Shown: piece after piece, positions 12,001-22,849 of the stretch
Numbering within the stretch: the first letter of the stretch is position 1
How the letters are laid out: each line of letters opens with the position of its first letter
Notes under the pieces: model-generated
Seen by the model: the letters and a program-made list of their open reading frames with translations, nothing else
What the model was told of the DNA's origin: nothing
The model's database searches: none
Translations under genes and position numbers: made by a program
NCBI RefSeq assembly: GCF_044704955.1
Contig: NC_091984.1
Coordinates: forward strand, 227,416,001-227,480,000
Length of the DNA stretch: 64,000 nt
Reading direction: 5' to 3'
DNA from: Pristiophorus japonicus
Lineage: Eukaryota

Positions 12001-13118
12001 ACTGCCCCTCCGACAGTGAGCACTCTCTCAGTACTGCCCCTCCGACAGTGATCGTTCCCTCAGTACTGCCCCTCCGACAGTGAGCGTTCCCTCAGTACTG
12101 CCCCTCCGACAGTGAGCGTTCCCTCAGTACTGCCCCTCTGACAGTGAGTGCTCTCTCAGTACTGCCCCTCTGACAGTGAGCGCTCCCTCAGTACTGCCCC
12201 TCCGACAGTGAGCGCTCTCTCAGTACTGCCCCTCCGACAGTGAGCGCTCCCTCAGTACTGCCCCTCCGACAGTGAGCGCTCCCTCAGTACTGACCCTCTG
12301 ACAGTGAGCGCTCCCTCAGTACTGCCCCTTCGACAGTGAGCGCTCCCTCAGTACTGCCCCTCCGACAGTGAGCGTTCCCTCAGTACTGCCCCTCTGACAG
12401 TGCAGCACTCCCTCAGTACTGCCCCTTCGACAGTGAGCGCTCCCTCAGTACTGCCTCTCCGACAGTGCAGCACTCCCTCAGTACTGCCCCTCCGACAGTG
12501 AACGCTCCCTCAGTACTGCCCCTCCGACAGTGCAGCACTCTCTCAGTACTGCCCCTCCGACAGTGAGCGTTCCCTCAGTACTGCCCCTCCGACAGTGAGC
12601 GTTCCCTCAGTACTGCCCCTCCGACAGTGAACGCTCTCTCAGTACTGCCCCTTCGACAGTGAGCGTTCCCTCAGTACTGCCCCTCCGACAGTGCAGCACT
12701 CTCTCAGTACTGCCCCTCCGACAGTGAGCGTTCCCTCAGTACTGCCCCTCCGACAGTGAGCGTTCCCTCAGTACTGCCCCTCCGACAGTGAACGTTCCCT
12801 CAGTACTGCCCCTTCGACAGTGAGCGTTCCCTCAGTACTGCCCCCCCGACAGTGAGTGCTCCCTCAGTACTGCCCCTCCGACAGTGAGCGTTCCCTCAGT
12901 ACTGCCCCTCTGACAGTGATCGTTCCCTCAGTACTGCCCCTCCGACAGTGAACGCTCTCTCAGTACTGCCCCTTCGACAGTGAGCGTTCCCTCAGTACTG
13001 CCCCTCCGACAGTGCAGCACTCTCTCAGTACTGCCCCTCCGACAGTGAGCGTTCCCTCAGTACTGCCCCTTCGACAGTGAGCGTTCCCTCAGTACTGCAC
13101 TGCAGCGTCAGCCTCGAT
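9055..13118 (-). mobile_element. Deu-domain SINE with internal minisatellite expansion
   Basis: SINE tail and body at 9055-9340; SINE sequence resumes after the array (CAGTACTGCACTGCAGCGTCAGCCT, ~13090-13115). Confidence 0.85.
9341..13097. repeat. Minisatellite, 32/33-bp unit, about 116 copies
   Basis: Unit CCGACAGTGAGCGCTCCCTCAGTACTGCCCCT (32 bp) with 33-bp variants CCGACAGTGCGGCACTC../GCAGCACTC..; no unique spacers. Confidence 0.98.
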
Positions 13119-13544
13119 TACAGTCTCACCTCTCTGGGCGAAATATTGGAAACACAGGGCTATGTGGCTATTATTGTATGAATAGTTTTAGTCATTTTTA
13201 AAATTTTTAGAGGTGACAATTTTGATTATCATTATAACTAAAAAAAACACATTGAGAAAGTGCAAAGGATATGGCGGGTCAGAGGCGAAGCGATAGAAAC
13301 ACTGATGTGACTGGCATTTTGTCACATCAAAGCTGGAAGTCAACTCACCCCAGGCAATTTACTGAGTGGTAATTCTCCAGCATGTAGTAAGGCGCTCCTT
13401 GAATTAAAAGTGGTTCCTTTCAACATGTTGATGCATTGGGAGTTTCATTATATCTGTGGGCAAGGCACAGAGTGCATTCTCGATGTTGTGTTTGGGGGAG
13501 CTTGTTCACTGTCGTGTGGTCGCCTGATTGTGCGCTCCATTTTT

Positions 13545-14285
13545 GCAGGTGGACAGAGAAGATCCCACACCGCTATTTGAAAAAGAGCAGGGAGTTCTCC
13601 CAGCGATTAGGCCAACATTCCTTCCCCTTAACTGACACTGCCCAAACAGAACTCTTTTTGGGAGGAAACTAAAACATTAAATCATTAAATCGTGTCCTCT
13701 CGATCTGGGGGGCACACCAAACATTTCCAAGGCCCTTTTTTTGGTGTTTTTTTTGTGTTTTTTTTTTGTGTTTTTGTTTTTTTTTAAAGTTTTTTTTGGG
13801 CACTAAAATCATATTTTTTTCTCTCCAAGTGCCCCCTATAAAAGGGGAGGGGGACACTAAAAACACCGGCAATTAAAACAAATTAAACTTTAAAACATAA
13901 AATCAAATTAAAATTTGGTTGCCGGGGGTGATGATGCACTCCAGTCCCTCCGGTGCCCACCTCTCGCGGAAGGCCACGAGCGCACCGGTGGACACCGCGT
14001 GCTCCATCTCCAAGGACACCCTGGCGTGGATGTACGCACGGAAGAGAGGCAGGCAGTCAGGCTGAACGACCCCCTCGACCGCCCGCTGCCTGGACCGGCT
14101 GATGGCACCCTTGGCCGTGCCCATTGCCCAAACGGATCAACAGGTCATTCACCTCAGCTGCTGTTTGCGGCTGCCGCGTTTGCCGATGTAACAAGTGACA
14201 CCACTTCAAAATCAAGTAATTCACTGGCTGCAAAGGGCTTTGAGGCGACACGAGGAACGTAATGCTGCATACGTGACATTTCTTC
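13545..14285 (+). mobile_element. Old Deu-domain SINE split by a Tx1 3' fragment
   Basis: CAGGTGGA..AGATCCCA..AGAGCAGGGAGTTCTCCC before the insert; GGTCATT..CACTTCAAAA..CACTGGCTGCAAAG after it. Confidence 0.65.
13651..14124 (-). mobile_element. Tx1/L1-clade 3' fragment (second family)
   Basis: AISRSRQRAVEGVVQPDCLPLFRAY..FRERWAPEGLECIITPGNQILI* plus A-rich 3' UTR; TSD TGCCCAAAC(A/G)GA at 13639-13650 and 14125-14136. Confidence 0.82.
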
Positions 14286-14294
14286 CATAGAGAG

Positions 14295-14830
14295 GTTGGG
14301 GGGTGGGAGGCCTGGGGCGAGGAGGGTGTGGGAATTTGGGGGTGGGAGGCCTGGGGCAGTGGGGGGGGGAGTGGGAATTGGGGGACGGGAGGCCTGGGGC
14401 AGACGGGGGGCTGTGTGGGGATTGGTAGACGGGAGCCTGGAGTGGAGGGGTTGTGCATTGGAAGGTGGGAGGCCTGGGGTGGGGGAGGGTGGTGGAGGGA
14501 TTTGGGGTGGGAGGCCTGGCGCAAGGGGCGGGGAGATGGGGATTAGTGGGTGGGAGGCTGGGACATGGGGGCGGGGGGGGGGGTGTGTGGAAATTGGGGT
14601 TTGGGAGGCCCAGAGCGGAGGGGTTGGGGATTTGGGGGTGGGAGGGCTGGGGTGGAGGGGTTGGGGGTTCAGGGGTGGGAGGCCTAGGGAGGCTGGGGAG
14701 TGGAGGCTTAGGATGGGGATGCTGGGGAGTGGGGACCTGGGGGCGAAGGGGGGGGGGGCGGAAGAGAGGTCTGGTTGGAGGGGTGAGGGCGCGGGTGGCC
14801 TGGGGAGGTGATCAGAGGCCTCGTGGGGGG
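14295..14830 (+). repeat. Degenerate G-rich tandem repeat (~40-bp period, core GGGTGGGAGGCCTGGGG)
   Basis: About a dozen recurrences of GGGAGGCCT-like cores among G runs; extreme G skew. Confidence 0.85.
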
Positions 14831-15254
14831 GACTCCGATTGTGTGGGCGGGTGGGTGGGCTAGCCAGGGAACCTGGATCCAGGAGGAAGGTATGAAGCCA
14901 CGCACCTCCTGGATCCAGCAATCCCTGCCTTGCTTTAACTGCCCAGGTTTCACGAATTGTGTGAAGCCCATCCACGGGCAGTTACAAACAGAATGAAGGT
15001 TTAAAAAGGAGGCTTCCAGCCTCATTACAATATTTAAATTGATGCCTCGCCCCCTGGGAGCGGGTTGATTGCCCTTCTCCTATCCCGCGCCCCCGTCCCG
15101 CCTCCGTTAATACAAGACGTGGGCGGGTTGGAGGCAGGTTGAGGTCAGGAATCCTAATTTTAACAATTTAACTAACCCCATGCTCCAAACCCACCCGTTT
15201 CTTTTAGGTTAAATCCCCCCCACCCCCGCTTTGTTTCCCCGTCTTTCAGACAGA

Positions 15255-15503
15255 AGTTGGGGGAGGAATTTCTTCTCTCAGAGGTATGTGAATCTTTGGA
15301 ATTCTCTACCCCAGAGAACTTTGAGTATATTTAAGGTGGAGATAGACAGATTTTTGAGCGATAAGGGAATAAGGGGTTATGGAGAGCAGGCGGGGAAGTG
15401 GAGTTGAGTCCATGATCAGATCAGCCGTGATCTTATTAAATGGCGGAGCAGGCTCGAGGGATCATATGGCTTATTCCTGTTCCTATTTCTTATGATTCTT
15501 ATG
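15255..15503 (+). mobile_element. CR1 3' fragment
   Basis: AGGAATTTCTTCTCTCAGAG..TGGAATTCTCTACC..tail TTCTTATG. Confidence 0.85.
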
Positions 15504-16012
15504 TAATTTCTCTGTGGTAATTTTCAGGTATAGCAGGAGCCCACTGGGGGAGATCTTGAGCTGTCGAAGCTGTATCCTGTTGATATCGCAGCAGGTAGCT
15601 CAACAGGGAATGCTATCCCCCTTTTCCTTTCATTGGACTCAGCGGGGAGTGCATTAAATTTAAGTAAAGCAGGGGCATTATTTATTTGAAGTGCTTCAGG
15701 TTCAAGTATGTAAGTATTTTGCTTCCAAAAATACTGCCCTAATGGGAATAATAATGTGCCAGACTGTGAGGGAGATTCAATTGCCAATTATGTTCATGTA
15801 CACCCCTTGTGAGCCTTTCTATTTTCTACTCTTTAAACTATATCACATTGGGATGTTTTGAGCCCACGTACCTCTATGTAGTCTTAGTTTGGCCAGAGAT
15901 AGAACGTGGGAGCTGTTTCAAGTTGTTGATCCTATTTTGGCTTTGGAAATGCTTCTTTCTAAAACCTTGCCAATGTTACTCTGTCTTAACCCGCAAACTC
16001 CAAATATGCTGC

Positions 16013-16327
16013 CCTAGGGGGCATAGTTCAGAATAAGGGATCGCCCATTCAAAACAGAAACGAGGAGAAATTTCTTCTCTCAGAGGGTTGTATATCTGTG
16101 GAATTCTCTGCCCTACAGAGCTGTGGAGGCTGGGTCATTGAATATATTTAAGGCGGAGTTAGACAGATTTTTGAGCGATAAGGGAGTAAAGGGGTATGGG
16201 GAGCAGGGAAGAAAGTGGAGCTGAGTCCATGATCAGATCAGCCATGATCTTATTGAATGGCGAAGCAGGCTCGAGGGGCCAAATGGCCGACTCCTGCTCC
16301 TATTTCTTATGTTCTTATGTTCTTATG
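16013..16327 (+). mobile_element. CR1 3' fragment
   Basis: RGHS..RRNFFSQRVV-type coding end and (TTCTTATG)3 tail. Confidence 0.9.
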
Positions 16328-16660
16328 ACCCATCGTTGATTATTTATTAAACACTATATCAGAACGTAGCTCCCCAGTCCAATCTTCAGTCCTATCACAG
16401 TGCAAAGGCTCAATGGTATTGGGATCTCCTTCAAACGGACATGGAAAAATCTAGTTTCTTTCAATTCTTCAAAGTCAGTTTCTTCATATTTTGGAAGTCC
16501 AACCAACTGCCATCACATCTTCCCTTCTCTGGCTCCACCTTTTAGTTCTCCTTCATCTGTGTTATTCTCGGCCACTCCACCTCCTCTGATCTCAAATACA
16601 ACTCCCACATCTCGCCCATGGACCAAGCTGCCCCTGAGATGCTCTTTCTTGGCAAACACT

Positions 16661-17010
16661 TCTATGAGCAACAGCCTGTTTCGAGTTTGCGGATTAAGAC
16701 AGAGTAGCATTGGCAATGGTAGTATTGATAAAATAGAGACAAGAGAGTGTCCAGTAGAAAGACGCTCTAAATCCATTAAGTCCAAGATTGAAGAACTGAG
16801 GAGAGCCTCCATTTCTGGGAAGCCACTTTTAGCACCTCTCTCGTACTAGTAGATAGAAGCTCGAAGCCTGTTGTCTGATCGACATTCCCCGCATCCATCT
16901 GTTTCCAATCCTTCTTTCTACTGGACTCTTGTCTCTATTTTATCAATATTACCATTGTCAGTGCTACTCTGTCTTAATCTGCAAACTTCAAACAGGCTGT
17001 TGCTCTTAGA
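16661..17010. repeat. Inverted repeat, ~100-bp arms (16661-16762, 16913-17010), 150-bp spacer
   Basis: GAGCAACAGCCTGTTT..ATTAAGACAGAGTAGCA..TATTGATAAAATAGAGACAAGAG..CCAGTAGAAAGA and its reverse complement. Confidence 0.92.
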
Positions 17011-17247
17011 GTCACATAACGTTACAGCCCAGAAATGGGCCATTCGACCCATCAAGCCAAGGCCGATATTTGCCTCCACTTGAGCTGCCTAGTCTAATCC
17101 CAGTCTCCTGCTCGCTGACCATAACCTATAATACGCAGCTTTTTTTTACAAGTAACCATTAATTACTTTGAAAAGAATTAATGGGCATGGCCTCAGCAAT
17201 GATTTCTGGTAGACAATTTACAATTCCATTCTCTGAGTAAAGACATT

Positions 17248-17816
17248 GGACCAGAAATTGCGGTCGGGAGCTTCCTGCGGGCGGCACGCCTCCGAGCAAC
17301 ATTTTTTTAACGAAAGTGCCTGGTGGTCCAGGAGGAACGAACGCTTGCGCTCCGAGGCCTAGATGCGCAGCCCAGCACAGAGGCCTACGCATCCCGGGAG
17401 CGGATGGGTATCCTGGGATCATGTGGGCCTGGACCGCCAATGAACATGGAGTATTCTCGTTGATAGTAATGGTGAGTTCCGTTTGTACGGAGCTCCGATT
17501 ATGATCATGAGAATACCCCCAAAACACAGAAACACAATACATAAATTAAAAAACACTTCATAGATTTAAAATTAATTGAAATTAAATGTTTTAGAAAAAT
17601 ATTTATTTTTAAAATTTAAAAAAATATATTTTAATAGGGTTAGAAATAATCATGGACAGGGCGTTTAATATAAAAATTTGTGATAACATTTAATTTTTCT
17701 AGCTTTTAATACTCTTACCCTAGTAAAAGCAGGCCTTACGCCTGCTTGTACCAGGTGGAAGAGTTTTAAGGATATTCGCTGGGCAGGAGTTGGGCAAATA
17801 GCCCAAATCTTCACCC
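17248..17816. mobile_element. GC/AT bipartite MITE-like element
   Basis: Starts GGACCAGAAATTGCGG like the other MITE termini; GC-rich arm, ATGGTGAGT donor, AT-rich core; right end uncertain. Confidence 0.5.
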
Positions 17817-17829
17817 ACAAAGGTCAGTG

Positions 17830-18305
17830 CCGGGTGTATGCTCCACACGAGCTTCCTCACGTTCCCTCCTCATCTCACCCTATCAACATATCCTTCTATC
17901 CCTTTCTCTATCCTGTGTTATCCAGCTTACCCTTAAATGCATCTGTGCTATTTGCCTCAACTATGCCCTGTGGTAGCGAGTTCCACATTCTCACCACTCT
18001 GTAGGAAAGGTTTTTCCTGAATTCTCTATTGGATTTCTTAGTGACTTATCTTAGTAGCTTATATTTATGGCCTCCTATGGTCTCCGCTATAAGTGGAAAC
18101 ATCTTCTCTACGTCAACCCGATCAAACCTTTTCATAATCTTAAAGGCCTCTATTAAACCAACCCCCAACCTTCTCTTTCCTAGAGGAGGGAGCCCAGCTG
18201 TATAGTCTTTCCTGATGGTTATAACCTTTGAGTTCTGATATCATTCTAGTAAATAATATTTGCACCTTTTCCAATGCCTATTTTGCAATATGGAGACTAG
18301 AACTG
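17830..18305 (-). mobile_element. Older CR1 3' fragment
   Basis: Degenerate GAGTTCCACATTCTCACCACTCT..AGTGGAAACATC.. matching CR1 3' coding region. Confidence 0.65.
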
Positions 18306-18308
18306 TTT

Positions 18309-18712
18309 ATTGTAAAGCCCATGCTTTCGTATGCTTCAGTGAAGATGTTGACGACGGCTTGGAGTTCAGCCTCTGAATGTGCACAGATGCAAGTGTCGTC
18401 CGCATACTGTAGTTCGACGACAGAGAATGGGACGGTCTTGGATCTAGCCTGGAAGCCACGATGTCTCCGCAAGATCCTGCAACTTCCCTGAGAGGATGCA
18501 TGCAGCAACGTCAGTGTTCTCGATCAGGCCAACATCCCCAGCATCGAAGCACTGACCGCATTCGACCAGCTCCATTGGGCGGGCCACATCGTCCGTATGT
18601 CCGACACAAGACTCCCAAAGCAAGCGCTCTACCTGGAACTCCTATACGGCAAGCGATTCCCAGGTGGGCAGAGGAAACGTTTCAAGGACACCCTCAAAGC
18701 CTCCTTGATAAA
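18309..18712. mobile_element. RTE-clade LINE fragment with inverted 5' part
   Basis: 18309-18460 minus: ELQYADDTCICAHSEAELQ..AYESMG; 18458-18712 plus: RCLRKILQ..WAGHIVRMSDTRLPKQALY..GGQRKRFKDTLKASL. Confidence 0.88.
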
Positions 18713-18769
18713 GGTGATAAGCAAAGAACCCATGAAGCTGACTCTTACACAGGCAATGCATGCAAGTGT

Positions 18770-18890
18770 GCCTATGGCCACACTAGTCTGAAAATGCCTG
18801 ATCTCCTCTGATTTCAGAAGCTAAGCAGTGTCAGGCCTGGTTAGTATTTGGATGGGAGACTGCCTTGGAATACCAGGTGCAGTAGGCTTT
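18770..18890 (+). rRNA. 5S rRNA, full-length dispersed copy, probably a pseudogene
   Basis: GCCTATGGCCA..GAAGCTAAGCAG..GGCCTGGTTAGTATTTGGATGGGAGAC..AATACCAGGTGCAGTAGGCTTT; 121 nt with box A/IE/box C; CpG sites decayed; single copy. Confidence 0.93.
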
Positions 18891-19196
18891 AACTGGGGGG
18901 CATAGCCTCAAAATATGGGGGGAGCCGAGTTGAGAAGGAATTTATTTTCCCAGAGGGTTGTAAATCTGTGGAATTCTCTGCCCAAGGAAGCAGTTGAGGC
19001 TAGCTCATTGAATGTATTCAAGTCACAGATAGATAGATTTTTAATTAATAAGGGAATTAAGGGTTACGGGGAGCGGGCGGGTAAGTGGAGCTGAGTCCAC
19101 GGCCAGATCAGCCATGATCTTGTTGAATGGCGGAGCAGGCTCGAGGGGCTAGATGCCTACTCCTGTTCCTAATTCTTATGTTCTTATGTTCTTATG
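18891..19196 (+). mobile_element. CR1 3' fragment fused directly to the 5S copy
   Basis: Near-identical to the CR1 subfamily at 26038-26636; (TTCTTATG)3 tail. Confidence 0.92.
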
Positions 19197-19683
19197 TAAT
19201 GCAGCCAATCACAACTCAAAGGACACTGACTCCCGAAACCCAAAACAAAGCTGCTCTTACTGGAGTGACGGGCAGCCTCTTGCAGAAGCCAGTGAAATTA
19301 AAAAAAAAATATTTATCGTGCTAATGCTTGAGAAAAGTCGGCTGCTTAAAATAGTTCCCCATCGAGATGGACTGTACAATCAGCGAGGTGCACTTGATAA
19401 TAAACATCACTGGCTGACCTCAGGAATTGGAGATGTGCCTGGAATTCAGTCTAAACTGGAGCATATTCCATTTCCATGGCAACTTGCCTTAGATTCGAGC
19501 ATGCGAGAAATCATTCCTCTCCTATTGAATATGAATCTATGGTGTTTTTATAAATAGGGAGGCCTGGTGGTATTTATAACTTGCCCGTTTAACTTCAGAA
19601 AAGCCTTAAAAAGAAAATGTTTGCGCCCTGGTTTACAACAGCCTTACTAACCATGCATGCTTCCGCATTGACCGTGCAGTGGT

Positions 19684-19970
19684 ATCCCTGGGAGGACAGA
19701 CGCACCAACATTAGCATCCTCGACTAGGCCAACATCCCCATCATTGAAGCACTGACCACACTCGATCAGCTTCGCTGGGCAGGCCACATAGTTCACATGC
19801 CTGACACAAGATTCCCAAAGCAAGCGCTCTACATGGAGCTTCTTTATGGCAAACGAGCCAAAGGTGGGCAGAGGAAACGTTACAAGGACACCCTCAAAGC
19901 CTCCCTGATAAAGTGCGACATCACCACTGACACCTGGGAGTCCCTGGCCATAGACCGCCCTAAACGGAGA
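19684..19970 (+). mobile_element. RTE-clade LINE fragment
   Basis: WEDRRTN..LRWAGHIVHMPDTRFPKQALY..GGQRKRYKDTLKASL..WESLAIDR. Confidence 0.88.
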
Positions 19971-20222
19971 AGAGATATAGATCGGCCATGATCTCATTGA
20001 ATGCCGGAACAGGCTTGAGGGGCTGAATGGCCTACTGCTGTTCGTAATGTTCCTATAAATCTCAAAACTGGACACCCCCCCCCCCCACCCTCCCTCGTTT
20101 CCCACCCCCCAACCCCACCCAGGGCTAAACCCCTTCCCATTCGCGGGAAAAATGCACTGAACCATTGTGGAGCCCTGACATAACTTTATACAAAAAATTA
20201 AAACTCACATCCTGATCCTACG

Positions 20223-20600
20223 TAAGAACATAAGAAATAGGAGCAGGAGTAGGCCATACGGCCCCTCGAGCCTGCTCTGCCATTCAATAAGATCGTGGCT
20301 GATATGATCTTGGGCTCAGCTCCACTTCCCTGCGCGCTCCCCATAACCCTTGACTCCCTTATCGTTCAAAAATCTGTCTATCTCCACCTTAAATATATTC
20401 AATGACCCAGCCTCCACAGCTCTCTGGGGCAGAGAATTCCACAGCTTTATGACCCACTGAGAGAAGAAATTCCTCCTCATCTCAGTTCTAAATGGGTGAG
20501 CCCTTATTCTTAAAATATGCCCCCTAGTTCTAGATTCCCCCACGAGGGGAAACATCCTCTCTGCATCTACCTTGTGGAGCCCCCTCAGTATCTTATATGT
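20223..20600 (-). mobile_element. CR1 3' fragment
   Basis: ORF 20316-20555 MFPLVGESRTRGH..RRNFFSQ..LWNSLP; AAGAACATAAGAA tail. Confidence 0.92.
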
Positions 20601-20711
20601 GCTTCTAGGTTACAAATTCAACAACTGGACTGAGTTCTGAGGGTTTCGTGGGCTGTATTGCCGATGCTCGGGGAAGCTGCAGTTTGGTCATCCACGACTT
20701 AGTTGTACTTT

Positions 20712-20968
20712 AAAGCCAGACCTTTCAGGAGTGAAATTAGAACACACAAAGGGTGGTAAAAGTTTGGAACTCTCTTCTGCAAATGGCAACTGATGCTAGA
20801 TCAATTGTTAATTTAAAATCTGAGATTGATAGATTTCTATTAACCAAAAGGTATTAAGGGATATGGGCCGAAAGTGGGTATATGGAGTTAGGTCACAGAT
20901 CAGCCATGATCCCATTGAGTGGCAGAACAGGCTCGAGGGGCTGAATGGTTTACACCTGTTCCTATGTT
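20712..20968 (+). mobile_element. CR1 3' fragment
   Basis: TGGAACTCTCT..GATAGATTT..CAGCCATGAT..CTGTTCCTATGT. Confidence 0.75.
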
Positions 20969-20984
20969 ACCTCTCTCTGCGTCA

Positions 20985-21452
20985 GCTGTGACTCAGTGGG
21001 CAGCACTCTCTCACCTCTGAGTCAGAAGGTTGTGGGTTCAAGTCTCACTCCAGGGTCTTGAGCACAAAAATCTAGGCTGACAATCCCAGTGCAGCGCTGA
21101 GGGAGCGCTGCACTGTCGGAGGTGCTGTCTTTCAGACGAGATGTTAAACCAAGACCCTCTCAAGTGGATGTAAAAGATCCCACGGCACTATTTGAAGAAG
21201 AGCAAGTGAGTTATCCCCGGTGTCCTGGCCAATATTTATCCTTCAATCAAGATAACAAAAACAGATTATCTGGTCATTAAAACATTACATTGATGTTTGT
21301 TGGAACTTGCTGAGTGCAAATTAGCTGCTGCATTTCCTAAATTGCAATAGTGATGACATGCTACACTCTAAAAGTACTTAATTGGCTGTAAAGTGCTTTG
21401 AGTCGTCTGGTGGTTGTGAAAGGCGCTATATAAATGTAAATCTTCCTTTCTC
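20985..21452 (+). mobile_element. Full-length Deu-domain tRNA SINE
   Basis: tRNA-like head (GACTCAGTGG box A, GGTTCAAGTC box B), Deu core GATGTTAAACC..AAAGATCCCA..GTGTCCTGGCCAA, L2-type tail AGGCGCTATATAAATG. Confidence 0.9.
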
Positions 21453-22849
21453 TAGGTTATCTATCACTGTGCAACTCATTATGTGTTTGCCATATTCCCC
21501 AACCTCTCGAGAAAATTACATTCAACACACACCAGAAAGTTGGAACTGTTAATCATCACACGTTATGGAACAAGACTTGCCAAGGACAAACACATCATTG
21601 CGTCGAAAGTCTTGTTTGTCCTTCTGTTCCGATCTAGAAATTACGTAGGAAAAAAACTCTCAGTGATTCGGAGTGAAAAGGAGGCAGAGAGGAACAAGAA
21701 GTGCCGTCTAAACTGTCTTATTAACCAAGAGGGACAATTGAGAAGTTTTAATTTCATCAGTTTAGAAAGAAAAATAAATGGAATCTATAAGGTTAACCCA
21801 GAATATTACTTCTGAATCAGGCTGGTGGGCCCACAATTAAATTTAGAGGGGTGGGAAATAAATTTAGTACCGATATTAGGAGGGACTTCTTCACTCAAAG
21901 GGTAATAAATGTTTGGAATAATCCTGACACATTCATGAGAAATTCCTTCATCTGTTCTTTAACGGTGGAAGTAACCCCTTTATTTTACACGGGGTCACAC
22001 CTCCGTTAAAATGGTGGACAAAGGAATTTCATACAGATGTGTTCAATCTGTATCGAAAGGTTGTGGGTTCAAGTCGCACTCTAACAAAGTCACTAGGGGA
22101 TAGGCAGGAGAGAATGGAGGTCAGAAAACTGGCAAGGAAAGGTCACAGAGGGTTGGAATAGCAGACAGTGCTGGGGCAGGAGGGAGTGGCGGAAAGTGAC
22201 TGGAAGTGGTGGTGAGAAGAGAATGTAAGAAAGAATTAAAGGATGGGAGTGACACGGGACAGGAGGAAATGGAGTAGAGGAACTGAATAGGCAGGATGTA
22301 TCAGAGCAAAGGGATTGTGCGGACTTCGAATGATAATTACACTTTTACGTTATTACATTGTTCCAATTTATGTCCTTTTTAATTAACCTTTCTCCTCATT
22401 GTGTTTTTTTTTCTTATTCCAATGTTAAACTTCCCTTCCCCGGATTGTTTAAAAAAAAATCATTTTCTGCTTCTTGCTAATTTTCCTTTTTTTTACCTTG
22501 CAGAGAAATTGAAGGATGGAGCTTGAGTGATGCGGGAGAATGGAACACTCCATAGATTGTATATGAAATTGTATCTGGCTACGGAACATCAGCCCTTCTA
22601 ATAGCGGTGTGAAAGAGACGCTTGCTTCACTACCCAACTCCTGTAATTTATTTTACACTTTTGTTTCAGTCAGGGCCGATGGTGAAGCCCAAGGGGAAGT
22701 AGCCAATGACCCAATCCCCCAAGGCCGACACACAGCCAAGGCTGTCATCTTACTTAATCATAGAAGTTAGATATATTGATCGATTAACTTCTCTTGAAGC
22801 AAGTCTGCAAATTGGGCTCCCGCTCCTGACTGAGCTACTGGATATGATG

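Noticed and set aside
9341-13097. CRISPR array (32-bp repeats)
   Set aside because: Units are head-to-tail with no unique spacers, no cas genes, and the unit derives from a eukaryotic SINE
14057-14975. Pro-rich or Gly-rich protein ORFs (273 aa, 171 aa and others)
   Set aside because: Artefacts of the G-rich tandem repeat, which is open in most frames
20985-21060. tRNA genes at SINE heads (also 25518, 28789, 44963)
   Set aside because: A/B boxes run directly into SINE bodies; not standalone tRNAs
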